The translations under genes were made by a program, and so were the position numbers. The notes under the pieces were generated by a model. That model did not search any database and had not been told where the DNA came from. It was given only the letters and a program-made list of their open reading frames with translations. 64,000 nt of DNA from Candidatus Bathyarchaeota archaeon. GTDB taxonomy: Archaea > Thermoproteota > Bathyarchaeia > Bathyarchaeales > Bathycorpusculaceae. Position 1 is the first letter of the stretch, and the number at the start of each line of letters is the position of its first letter. The stretch covers positions 32,001-96,000 of the forward strand of contig CAVTBV010000002.1 of assembly GCA_963733095.1 (NCBI GenBank), in the 5' to 3' direction. Below, in pieces: positions 1 through 9,373 of this stretch.

Positions 1-267
1 TTCACCAAGTTTTATGCCTCTTGATGGAGCTTCTAGGGGACCTCTACCCGTGCAGTATAATCTTGGATCGTAGCCCAAAACTGAGCATATGGCTGCATCG
101 GAACCTGGTGTGCACTCGTCTGGAACAGTCTTAATTAAGCCGCTTCTGCCTCGGGCTGCTATGCTGTCCATGTTTGGTTTGTTGGCAACTTGAAGCGGGG
201 TTTTGTTTCCCAGTTCTGGAACGGTGTAATCCGCCATTCCGTCTCCGACGATGAGTAAATACTTCAT
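1..267 (-). CDS. apgM: 2,3-bisphosphoglycerate-independent phosphoglycerate mutase family (ApgM), N-terminal part, runs off window start
   Basis: Manual translation from ATG at 267: MKYLLIVGDGMADYTVPELGNKTPLQVANKPNMD...PGSDAA...LGYDP...GRGPLEA, the ApgM family motifs. Confidence 0.85.
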   Translation of the reverse strand, partial: MKYLLIVGDGMADYTVPELGNKTPLQVANKPNMDSIAARGRSGLIKTVPDECTPGSDAAICSVLGYDPRLYCTGRGPLEAPSRGIKLGE

Positions 268-703
268 TTGATTGGCTCCTTGTTAATTGAGGGTTTGACA
301 GTTCTTTTCAAGATAATACAACCGTGTATTTATCTACTTACGTGCAGTGTCAAATAATTTGTCTACCTTAAAAAATTGGCTTTAATTCAACAACAAAGCG
401 ATTGTGTGATTGTTTGGGATACCAACAAATCTATTTAAGAAAACAGCAATCCTATAATTAATCTAGTTAACGAAGGAGAAGTTACTGAACTTTTTACTGC
501 TACTTCCTGGCAATGGTTTACGTATATGCTCTTTTGTTTTATGAAGCCTTAACCTCAAGACTGAATCAAAATGAACTCAAAAGTTTGAACCTTCGGAAAT
601 CAGTGGTAACTGTTTGCTTTTGTTGCGTACTTTTGATTTTGGATTAATAATCTTTAATTCAACCCATCGTATATATTGTGTATTTACTGATAATATTCGC
701 TAA

Positions 704-2695
704 GTGTTTGTCGGGAGAAAACTGAAAAGTAAAATGATTAAGCAACAAGAGCAAAAAACCTTTGATGGTGCAATAATAGACAGTTCCACCAAGGAACCCA
801 TATGTAGAGAAGACCTGCTTGACCTTCTAAAATTACACCACGTGAAAACTTTATCGGTAGAAAACTCAAAAACATCCTTAGAAGACATCATCCCCACTTT
901 GAGAAAATCCAAGATAAAAATACCTGAAGCTTTCTTCAAAGTTTTAGCATCAAAATTAGGATTATCATGCTTGGACTACTCCACGGTAAAAAAAATATAT
1001 CAAGAGGAGCAACAACGCAAACTTATTACAATTCTGCCCTACTCAATCATAAGCAAATACAAAATCATTCCCTTGGAAATAAGAGGTTCAGTTATAGATT
1101 TAGCTGTCGATAACCCCATTGACACCAGAGTTCTCATTACTGTTCAATATTTGTTTAGCTCTTGGAAAATTAATCTGCGGGTAGTCTCTTCAAAATCCAT
1201 CGAATGGGCAATCGAAAACATATACCGTGAAATCCACAAGAACAAAGCAATGCTTGACCTCTACAACCGTACACCTGACCAGTCCGCCTACAGAGTGCTC
1301 TACCCCAAACAAAAATACTTTATAATATCCGTAATCGCCGCCATAACCATTTGCACTGCTATAAGCTCAGCGGTAACTTTCATGGTTTTATTTGCAATAA
1401 TTAGCGTCGGATACTTCATAGTTAATCCCATTAAAATCTACATTTCTCTGCGAGGCTTTAAAGGTGCAAGAACACCTACACGAATCACAAAGGGCGAACT
1501 ACAATGGGTACAAGACGAAGACCTCCCAGTCTACACTGTCCTGATTCCAATATTCCGTGAAGCAAAAATCCTACCTCAAATCCTGCGAAACATTTACCGT
1601 CTCAATTATCCAAAGAACAAACTGGACATCAAAATACTAATCGAAGAAAAAGACACTGAAACCATTGACGAAGCCAAACTGTTAGGGTTGTTTGGGTCAC
1701 CCAAGAAAAGAGTTGAAGGCATTCCAAGCAAGGAATATACCGAGTTTCTGGAGCTTTTTGATACGATTGTAATTCCTGCAGCAAAAGTAACCACTAAACC
1801 GCGGGCATGTAACTATGGTTTGCTGCGGGCAAAAGGTGAACTAGTCGTTATTTATGATGCTGAAGACCAACCTGAACCCGACCAGTTAAAGAAGGCCGCC
1901 ATTGTTTTTCTTCGTTCTGGCAACGATGTCGTGTGTCTGCAGTCTAAGCTTAACTTTTACAATGCAGATGAAAACGTATTGACGAAGTGGTTTTCGATTG
2001 AGTATGCGAACTGGTATGAGTTTTATCTGCAGGGTTTAGATTGGATTGAGGCGCCTATTCCGTTGGGCGGTACAAGTAACCATTTTAGAAAACAAGGTCT
2101 AGATGAGCTTGGACGGTGGGACCCATACAATGTTACTGAAGATGCTGATTTAGGCCTAAGGTTAGCTCGTCAGAAGCAGAAGACTGAATTGATAGAATCT
2201 CATACCTACGAAGAAGCTACCATAACAGCCAAAAGTTGGATTCGTCAGCGTTCTCGTTGGTACAAGGGACACCTTCAAACTTACCTTGTTCATATGCGGC
2301 ATCCAAGACAGCTCCTCAAGGATTTTGGGGTAGAAAAATTCCTCAAATTCCAGTTTACCTTCGGAACATCGATCTTTATTCCTCTTATAAACCCAATACT
2401 TTGGATACTTACTGCTGCAAGTTTTCTGTTACCTGTAAATTTAAGCTGGCTCAGCCCTGGTTTCCTGCAAGTAATCTGTCTCTTCAACTTGATAGCTGGC
2501 AACATTTCTTATCTATCCATATATGTCGTAGCATGCATAAAATTGAAAAAATACCGTTATACACCTAATGCTTTGCTTATGCCCCTGTATTGGGTGCTTC
2601 ACAGCATAGCAAGCTGGCGAGGCCTAATTCAACTGATACGAAACCCCTTTTACTGGGACAAAACCAGCCACGGCGTATCAAAAGTCACAAAATAA
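704..2695 (+). CDS. Membrane GT2 glycosyltransferase with N-terminal T2SSE_N/MshEN-like domain
   Basis: LPVYTVLIP, TKPRACNYG, IYDAED, GGTSNHF, VTEDADLG and QRSRW motifs; C-terminal TM helices; N-terminal KYKIIPL...LAVDNP resembles GspE N-domain. Start may be ATG 734. Confidence 0.85.
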   Translation: MFVGRKLKSKMIKQQEQKTFDGAIIDSSTKEPICREDLLDLLKLHHVKTLSVENSKTSLEDIIPTLRKSKIKIPEAFFKVLASKLGLSCLDYSTVKKIYQEEQQRKLITILPYSIISKYKIIPLEIRGSVIDLAVDNPIDTRVLITVQYLFSSWKINLRVVSSKSIEWAIENIYREIHKNKAMLDLYNRTPDQSAYRVLYPKQKYFIISVIAAITICTAISSAVTFMVLFAIISVGYFIVNPIKIYISLRGFKGARTPTRITKGELQWVQDEDLPVYTVLIPIFREAKILPQILRNIYRLNYPKNKLDIKILIEEKDTETIDEAKLLGLFGSPKKRVEGIPSKEYTEFLELFDTIVIPAAKVTTKPRACNYGLLRAKGELVVIYDAEDQPEPDQLKKAAIVFLRSGNDVVCLQSKLNFYNADENVLTKWFSIEYANWYEFYLQGLDWIEAPIPLGGTSNHFRKQGLDELGRWDPYNVTEDADLGLRLARQKQKTELIESHTYEEATITAKSWIRQRSRWYKGHLQTYLVHMRHPRQLLKDFGVEKFLKFQFTFGTSIFIPLINPILWILTAASFLLPVNLSWLSPGFLQVICLFNLIAGNISYLSIYVVACIKLKKYRYTPNALLMPLYWVLHSIASWRGLIQLIRNPFYWDKTSHGVSKVTK

Positions 2696-2784
2696 GATTT
2701 TTTGGGCTTGCTTCTTTAGGATTGTGCGAGTTACGGCAAACTTTTATTGTTGTTTATCTTAGTCTGTGGTAGGTGTAAAGCTAC

Positions 2785-3012
2785 ATGTGTATTCCTTTTT
2801 ACATGCTTCTTCGAACTAGAATTGGGCAGTCCGTTGCCGTTGTCCATGCAGTCCAAAAAATTGAAGGCGTAAAAGTGGTACATTCTGTCATGGGAAACTA
2901 TGATGTTGTACTCTACGCTGAGGGAAAAGATCTTCAAGACGTTCGGCGTATCCGCGAAGCAGTACATCAACTAGCCGATGTAACGATAACGGAAACAGCA
3001 GTTCACGCCTAA
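2785..3012 (+). CDS. Stand-alone Lrp/AsnC ligand-binding (RAM) domain protein
   Basis: KIEGV...VMGNYDV...V..TET pattern; no HTH. Confidence 0.8.
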   Translation: MCIPFYMLLRTRIGQSVAVVHAVQKIEGVKVVHSVMGNYDVVLYAEGKDLQDVRRIREAVHQLADVTITETAVHA

Positions 3013-3150
3013 TATTTTGATAAGTTGAGGAATAGTTTGACAGATTCTCAGTCAAATGTTTTCCTAAGTTTACTTAAAATCCAATTCTGACAGAAAAGTT
3101 CAGACTTATAGTAAACTTTAATTGCTCTTTACTCTTCAATTAAAGTATAG

Positions 3151-3387
3151 GTGAAATCGATGTCAATCCCTTTTTACATGCTTCTTCGAACAAGAACTGG
3201 GCAGTCACGTGATGTAGTCCATGCAACACTTAAGATTGATGGCGTTAAAGTTTCACATTCTGTCATGGGAAACTATGATGTAATCCTCTATGCTGAAGCA
3301 AAAAATCTCGAAGACCTAAGAAGCATTCGAGTAGCTGTCGAGCACATCAATGGCGTAAATTTAACTGAAACACTAATTCACGCCTAA
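3151..3387 (+). CDS. Stand-alone Lrp/AsnC ligand-binding domain protein, tandem paralog (likely start ATG 3160)
   Basis: Highly similar to upstream copy (IPFYMLLRTR.GQS, HSVMGNYDV). Confidence 0.8.
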   Translation: MKSMSIPFYMLLRTRTGQSRDVVHATLKIDGVKVSHSVMGNYDVILYAEAKNLEDLRSIRVAVEHINGVNLTETLIHA

Positions 3388-3575
3388 ACTTCTTAGAATT
3401 CAGTTAAGATTAGACTAACCCACAAGGTTTTTGGCTTTTGACCTTTTATGTTAACCTTCTGAAGCTAACAATGGGCGGCTCAATCAATGCATTCTTATCT
3501 AATTTCATATAGAAGAGGCGCTGAATGCTTTTTGGTTTAAACAGAAACTAAATACAAATAAAGTCGTTCAATTTC

Positions 3576-3601
3576 CTACAACTTTGGACGATGAGAAAAT
3601 C
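3576..3601 (+). repeat. Recombination-site-like repeat, 25/26 identical to 4696-4721
   Basis: CTACAACTTTGGACGATGAGAAAATC vs CTATAACTTTGGACGATGAGAAAATC. Confidence 0.75.
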
Positions 3602-3802
3602 TCTAAACTCCACTTAACTCTTTCTCCCCCAAAACATCCCCTTTTTCTCAGTACACTTCGTGACAAACATATCAAACAAGTAGATTGATAATAGCTGAAT
3701 GTTATCTCAGGCTAACAGAAGATTAAGGGGAAGTATTATAACAACTAGAAAATGTACGGAAGGAAATTAAAAAAAGAAAAAATTGGGTTGAATTTTGTCT
3801 TG

Positions 3803-4450
3803 TTAGCTGGGTGTAAACAGCGAGTCTGGAAGCGATGGATTAACGCTGATACCGGAAATTGTCACTGAGTCTCCGCCACCTGAGTAAGTGTAGTCTCCTA
3901 ATCCTGTCCATGCGCCAAGATAGTTTACATATCCTTGCCATAATGTGTTCCATGTGTCGTATTGCATTGTGTACGATGCTGAGACGTCAGTCCATGTTCC
4001 ATCTGAGTACGACCAGGCCTTCTGTTGTGCCGAATTTATTATGAATGCACCTTGAGTTCCTGAAGAGTCTGTGTAATCGATACGCATCATAAAGTTTGCT
4101 GTACCCGCATTTTTGCCATAGTATGTGTATGATCCCTGTGAAACTCCGCCAGAGGTTACTGCAACACTGTATTGTAGACTGCTTGCTCCTGCAATGTCTG
4201 CACCTGTAACACTGCTAGATGGTGCTGGCGTTGAGGATGTTCCAGGAGTAGGTGTTGGAGTTGGTGTTGGTGTTGTTGTAGAATTATTGTTGCTCAAGCC
4301 GCCCATCGCTATGAAGGCTCCCACTACTATAATAACAATCAATATGAGAGCTAGAAGGATTAGCATTAGAGTTTTACGAGATTTCTTTTTGGTTGGTGCT
4401 GGCGGAGGAGAAGGCATTGCCCTAAAATTATTTGAGAACTCCTTTTTCAT
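3803..4450 (-). CDS. N-terminally anchored extracellular protein with Pro/Thr linker
   Basis: Single N-terminal TM helix, TPTPTPTP linker, S/T/G/Y-rich ectodomain. Confidence 0.75.
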   Translation of the reverse strand: MKKEFSNNFRAMPSPPPAPTKKKSRKTLMLILLALILIVIIVVGAFIAMGGLSNNNSTTTPTPTPTPTPGTSSTPAPSSSVTGADIAGASSLQYSVAVTSGGVSQGSYTYYGKNAGTANFMMRIDYTDSSGTQGAFIINSAQQKAWSYSDGTWTDVSASYTMQYDTWNTLWQGYVNYLGAWTGLGDYTYSGGGDSVTISGISVNPSLPDSLFTPS

Positions 4451-4682
4451 ACATTTCCCTAGGTTTTAGTGGATTTGATCGTCGAATAAACCTTTCGGAA
4501 AAAACCGTTGATGATCCTATAGCAAGCGTTAAGTTGATTTTGGGTTAAACCCAAACTTTACCATACCATCAAAGAGGATAAAGAGCGAAAATACTTGGTT
4601 ATCTATAACCCAGAGCTAAGCAAGTAGTCTTTGAGCCTTCAGTTTGATGCAAGATGTGCAATTGTTACGAAAACGTAAATAG

Positions 4683-4727
4683 TTTGGACGATACGCTATA
4701 ACTTTGGACGATGAGAAAATCGAGGTA
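4683..4727 (+). repeat. Tandem recombination-site-like arms and left 17-bp direct repeat (attL candidate)
   Basis: TTTGGACGAT at 4683 and 4703; ATGAGAAAATCGAGGTA (4711-4727) recurs exactly at 10786-10802. Confidence 0.7.
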
Positions 4728-4790
4728 GTATCACTTTATAGTGAGCTTTTTAAGTGTGAAGGGCTAATAATACAGTAAGGAGCCACGAAA

Positions 4791-6203
4791 TTGAATCAAA
4801 AATACGAGCTTTGGCTTAACCAAATTTGTGGAACTGCTGCCTCTGAAAAAAGGTACAAGGAAGACATTGGAAACTTTGAAGAGTGGGCTAAATTAAATCA
4901 CGCTTTAGAAGTTTCAGATATTCCTAAAATGTGGAGAGAAGCCAAATACTCAGACAAGCAAGCTGATAGAGAGCGCTTTCTTGATGAGTTAAAGGACGTT
5001 GTTAGCAACTATTTTGTTTATCTCAAAAAATATGGTTATACTTCTCTTAGTATCAATCGCGCTATGGCAACTGTAATGAGTTTTCTGCATTATTTCGACA
5101 TCCCGTTAAAACCAATCAGAATTCGGCATCCTTTTGTTCAATACCATAATCGGGACATTACTAAGGATGAGATTAGAACTATTTTGAAGAATTCGGGAGT
5201 GAGAAACAGAGCAATTTATCTGGTTCTTTATGAAACGGGTATGAGACCCGCGACTGCTGTTAGTTTACGTTGGAAACATATCAAAGAAGACTTTTTAGCG
5301 AAAAAAGTTCCTATGAAAATTAAGCTAACAAGTGACATTATGAAGTGTGGCGTTAGTGAACGCTTTGTTTTCATTGGGCAGGACGGGTATGATGCTCTTA
5401 GTCTCTATATTAGAAGGCGAGGTTTGCCCTCGGATGATGAGGATTTTGTTTTTGTTACTGAGAAACCTTTCGGTAACGCAATAGGACTTAATTCAATTAG
5501 TCAAGCCTTCAATGTTATTGTTCAAAGGTTGAAGCTTGCAGAGCCAAGAGGACAACTGACTAAGGATGGTAGGAAGAATAAGCCTAAGGAGTTAAGGCTC
5601 TATACTTTGCGGAAGGCTTTTTCGAAGTTTATGGCTGTTAACATTGATAGAACCTTAGTTGAGTATTGGCTTGGGCATACCTCAACTGCAACTCATTATG
5701 TTTCTGAAGATGTGGAGTTTCATAGAGCGCAATATGCTAAGGGCTATTCTGGACTACAATTAGACATTTCTCCATTACCCACAACCATTATGGATGACTT
5801 GAAGAAAAAAGACCAAGAAATCCAATTATCAGCGAGACAAATTCAAGAACTAAAACAAGAATTGTCCAGCCAACAAAAACACATAGCCAAACTCACTACT
5901 TTACTCTATAAAATCGTTGACCCATACGACGAAGATGGAAAACGTCAATTTGAAGAAGAAGCTGAAAGGCAAGCAAACTTAACAAAAGAAGAAAGGAAAA
6001 CGCAAGAAGAAATCGCTGAAAGAACTGAAAAAGCCCTTAATGAATTTAGAGTCCTCTCCGAGGAGGAGAAGGAAAAACGCCGCAAAAGTAATTCACAGAT
6101 AGCACATTTAGATTGGGAAGGGGTTTTTGAATCGTTATCTGAAAGAATTGAACAATTAAAAAAGCTCTATGAAGAAGAAAAGCAAAAAAAGCCGATAAAT
6201 TGA
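4791..6203 (+). CDS. Tyrosine recombinase/integrase with C-terminal coiled coil
   Basis: LYETGMRP (R), LYTLRK (H replaced by Y in HxxR), WLGH, THY catalytic Tyr. Confidence 0.88.
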   Translation: MNQKYELWLNQICGTAASEKRYKEDIGNFEEWAKLNHALEVSDIPKMWREAKYSDKQADRERFLDELKDVVSNYFVYLKKYGYTSLSINRAMATVMSFLHYFDIPLKPIRIRHPFVQYHNRDITKDEIRTILKNSGVRNRAIYLVLYETGMRPATAVSLRWKHIKEDFLAKKVPMKIKLTSDIMKCGVSERFVFIGQDGYDALSLYIRRRGLPSDDEDFVFVTEKPFGNAIGLNSISQAFNVIVQRLKLAEPRGQLTKDGRKNKPKELRLYTLRKAFSKFMAVNIDRTLVEYWLGHTSTATHYVSEDVEFHRAQYAKGYSGLQLDISPLPTTIMDDLKKKDQEIQLSARQIQELKQELSSQQKHIAKLTTLLYKIVDPYDEDGKRQFEEEAERQANLTKEERKTQEEIAERTEKALNEFRVLSEEEKEKRRKSNSQIAHLDWEGVFESLSERIEQLKKLYEEEKQKKPIN

Positions 6204-6574
6204 GGGATGAAATGTTAATTGTAAAATTATGTGAAAAAAATAAGCCTTGCAAACTCTGTTCAGGAGAAAAAAGTGAAATATTGAGGTGCAAGGGCAATGG
6301 AAAGTATTATTTGAATAACTCAGACGAATACCCGATTCAACAAGGGCTGTTTAGAAAACTAAAGAAAAGTCATCATATCTATTTTTGGTACACTTACTTT
6401 TCTGGGCATTCAATTACTGGATTTTGTTTAGACAATGAAGCCCTAAAAATAGTGCAAGAAGAAGGCTACTCTATTGAAGTTGACAAGAAATTAACTCAAG
6501 GTGCAACATATGAACCTAAATTTCAACAACTAAGCTTGAAGGAACGTTGCTTAAGGAGTGAACATTATCTATGA
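6200..6574 (+). CDS. Hypothetical protein, Cys-containing
   Basis: Overlaps both neighbours by 4 nt (translational coupling). Confidence 0.55.
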   Translation: MRDEMLIVKLCEKNKPCKLCSGEKSEILRCKGNGKYYLNNSDEYPIQQGLFRKLKKSHHIYFWYTYFSGHSITGFCLDNEALKIVQEEGYSIEVDKKLTQGATYEPKFQQLSLKERCLRSEHYL

Positions 6575-7104
6575 GTAACCCACAAAGCTCGCAGAAATCA
6601 ATGAGACAATTAGATGCAACTAAACAAAAAATTGAGCACGCGATGATGAATATAGAAAGCGCTGAACAAGAACAGGATGAATATATTTCAAAATTACCCG
6701 ACCATTTTGCGGAAATTTTAAAGAATTACATGAAAGAAAGAGATTTTGATTACGAAAGCACATTTCTTATCCCATTGGCGAGACTAATCGAGGATGAAGG
6801 CAAAATGAGCTTAAACGATGTCATTAGAGAATCTGGTCTTGCAAGACAGACTGTTTATACCAATTTAAAGAATTTAGTTAGGAGTGGTTTTCTATCAAGA
6901 AAAAGTATTGTAACTGGGCGAGGAAGACCAACAATCCTTTACTATAGAACACAGAAACCAATCAATTCCATCAAAGTTGAAAACGCAGTAACAATAACCT
7001 TTCAAAAGCTAAAACATGCGTGCAGATTTGAAAAGGGAGGCTTTTGTAAAGAGAAAAAATGCCATTGCTCCCCAACATTATGTCCAATAATTATAAAGAA
7101 GTGA
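6571..7104 (+). CDS. Winged-HTH transcription regulator with Cys-rich C-terminus
   Basis: SLNDVIRESGLARQTVYTNLKNLVRSGFL...GRGRPTILY; C-terminal CRFEKGGFCKEKKCHCSPTLCP. Confidence 0.75.
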   Translation: MSNPQSSQKSMRQLDATKQKIEHAMMNIESAEQEQDEYISKLPDHFAEILKNYMKERDFDYESTFLIPLARLIEDEGKMSLNDVIRESGLARQTVYTNLKNLVRSGFLSRKSIVTGRGRPTILYYRTQKPINSIKVENAVTITFQKLKHACRFEKGGFCKEKKCHCSPTLCPIIIKK

Positions 7105-7178
7105 TTTAAAAAGAATAATGAATTAAATCTATTTGATTACATCTAAACGGCAATTTTTGAATAACATAAATAAACAAG

Positions 7179-7558
7179 GGGCAGCCTCGCTTCGCTCGGC
7201 TGCCCACGACTTTCTTAATGTATCTTTGAAAGGGGATTACAAAGAACCATGTGTAGTGGTAAGCGAAGAAGCGCGGTCTTGCGAGTCCGCTCTTTTCATT
7301 CTTGCTCGTTGCCCTGTTAGGTGAGGGCAACGCAGTCGAGAACCGCATTGTAAAAAAAATGCTAATCCCCATTGACGACTGCTAATGTTTGTTTTTGAGG
7401 CGTGTTAAAGTCAAAAAGCGGCCAGACAAAAGGTTTATCGTTAGCGCTGTTCAGCTCATCGCCAATCGTAAACCTTTTGCCCTTCTGGTGCTTCGCATCT
7501 GGCGCTTTTTGACACGACTACGGTATGTGAGGGGCGCATATCAGCCCCGCATTGTAAA
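7179..7558. other. Highly structured non-coding element (ncRNA or folded ssDNA origin)
   Basis: Perfect stems at 7179-86/7198-205, 7232-39/7363-70, 7307-15/7324-32, 7410-20/7503-13, 7427-37/7469-79 and 7531-35/7544-48. Confidence 0.6.
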
Positions 7559-7582
7559 CAGACTCTACACTTCACAAAAAAC

Positions 7583-7590
7583 TTATAAAT
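7583..7590 (+). promoter_or_regulatory. TATA box candidate for tupABC
   Basis: A-rich BRE-like run followed by TTATAAAT, about 50 nt upstream of the tupA start; AAGGAG precedes the start. Confidence 0.5.
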
Positions 7591-7636
7591 AGTAACACGA
7601 TAGGAATGACCACGCACAACGACAAGGAGAAATAAC

Positions 7637-8626
7637 GTGAAAGCATGGCAGACTATCTTAATAGTAGCGGTAATAGCCACAATAATGGTAATCGCAGGGA
7701 CTTTTGCATACTACAACTCTCTCCCTACACCAAACCTAAGAATATCCTCAACCACGAGCCTCTGGGATACAGGACTACTGACAGAAATCAAAAACCAATA
7801 TGAATCAAACCACAAAATTGACATCTCAATTCTTCCCCAAGGAACAGGACTCGCATTAGCAAGTGCATCAGCAGGTGACGCCGATGTTGTCCTTGTACAT
7901 GCGCCATCATCAGAATACCCTTACCTATCTAATGGTACTCTAGTTTGCAGGAAAATCGTTGCATGGAATTACTTCACAATAGTTGGACCAAGCTCCGACC
8001 CAGCTCAAATCTCGGGCAAAAATGCCACAGAAGCCCTAAAAAGCATAGTAGCTTACGCCAATAGCCAAACATCGCAGTCAACAATTTGGATTTCCCGTAA
8101 CGATGCCTCAGGAACGTTCTCAAAAGAGCAAAGCCTCTGGAAAAGTGCAGGATTCAATTGGACCCAGATATCCAAAGAACCATGGTATTCAAGCACAGGA
8201 CAAGGCATGGGCGCAACATTAGTAATAACTGACCAAAAAAACGCATACACAGTCTCAGACCTAGGAACATTCCTTCAGTTTTCTAAAAACGGAGCAGTCT
8301 CTTCATCACAAGTTTCACTGGTGCAAGCAGACTACTCTCTACTGAACGTCTATAGCGTTTACGCAGTCAATCCACAAAAAATAAGCGACACTAGCTACAA
8401 TGAAGCCATTAACTTCATAAAATGGTTAGTTTCAGACACAGGACAACAGGTAATAAGCAACTACGGAGCAGGCAACTATACACAAACTCTATTCTCTGGT
8501 GCAGTCCAACCGCTCATAACAGGCAGTCCTCAACCAGATGTCAACTGGATAAAACAGTACGCCTACTTCAATGGTACCGAATGCCCAACACAATTCCAAG
8601 ATGACCACCCCGAACTTTATCCCTAG
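7637..8626 (+). CDS. tupA: Tungstate ABC transporter substrate-binding protein
   Basis: STTSLWDTGLL, GTGLAL, VHAP, SRNDASGT and GQGMGATL motifs of TupA. Confidence 0.9.
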   Translation: MKAWQTILIVAVIATIMVIAGTFAYYNSLPTPNLRISSTTSLWDTGLLTEIKNQYESNHKIDISILPQGTGLALASASAGDADVVLVHAPSSEYPYLSNGTLVCRKIVAWNYFTIVGPSSDPAQISGKNATEALKSIVAYANSQTSQSTIWISRNDASGTFSKEQSLWKSAGFNWTQISKEPWYSSTGQGMGATLVITDQKNAYTVSDLGTFLQFSKNGAVSSSQVSLVQADYSLLNVYSVYAVNPQKISDTSYNEAINFIKWLVSDTGQQVISNYGAGNYTQTLFSGAVQPLITGSPQPDVNWIKQYAYFNGTECPTQFQDDHPELYP

Positions 8627-8637
8627 AGGAAAATCTG

Positions 8638-9369
8638 TTGAATCAAATACTGGACGGAATAATCCAAGCCTTTCAGCTAATATTCGCAGGCGACCCAACA
8701 GTATATGGCGCTGTTTACCGCACCCTCCTTTTTTCTGGTGTAGCAACTATACTTGCAGTATTATGGTCAATGCCAATAGCGATGTTGTTAACTCTGAAGG
8801 ACTTTACTGGTAAATCAATAGTAAAAGGTTTTTTCACAGCAATGATAGGTCTGCCTACTGTAGCCTTAGGCTTAATCCTGTTTCTCACGTTTTCGAAGGC
8901 TGGACCGTTAGGCTTTTTTGGGCTTCTTTATACTCCAGGAGCAATAATGCTTGGTGAAGCCATACTAATCACTCCTTTGATTGTTAGCATAGGAGTTAGC
9001 GCCATTGAAGCTGTCGATCCTGAAATGTTTAATCTTGCAAAAACTCTTGGCGCCAATAGTTCACAAGCGTCAGTAACTATTATGAGAGAAGCCTTGAGTG
9101 GCATTTTATTTTCAAATATAGCTGGTTTCAACCGTGCAATCGCTGAACTCGGTGTAGCTTTGATGGTTGGAGGAAACATTGTAGGTGCAGGTGTACACTC
9201 AACTGATGTCCTGACAACAGATATTTCGACTCTTACTGCTCGAGGTGAGTTTGCGACCGCCATCGCACTTACGGTAATTTTACTCTTGCTAGTTTTTGGC
9301 ATAAATCTGATAGTGTACCTAGCTAGAAATCCAAAAATACTCACATTGTGGGGAAGGATGCCCCAATAA
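8638..9369 (+). CDS. tupB: Tungstate ABC transporter permease
   Basis: GLPTVALGL, GPLG..GLLYT, RAIAELG...VGGNI, VLTT motifs. Confidence 0.88.
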   Translation: MNQILDGIIQAFQLIFAGDPTVYGAVYRTLLFSGVATILAVLWSMPIAMLLTLKDFTGKSIVKGFFTAMIGLPTVALGLILFLTFSKAGPLGFFGLLYTPGAIMLGEAILITPLIVSIGVSAIEAVDPEMFNLAKTLGANSSQASVTIMREALSGILFSNIAGFNRAIAELGVALMVGGNIVGAGVHSTDVLTTDISTLTARGEFATAIALTVILLLLVFGINLIVYLARNPKILTLWGRMPQ

Positions 9370-9373
9370 AACC

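Noticed and set aside
7179-7558. Moco/tungsten-cofactor riboswitch for tupABC
   Set aside because: I could not match it to the Moco motif, and a TATA candidate lies between the structure and tupA, so it is probably outside the 5' UTR.
7106-7680. Short ORFs 7106-7372, 7133-7324, 7389-7592 and 7456-7680
   Set aside because: No recognisable motifs; they overlap each other and the structured element, so they are likely spurious.
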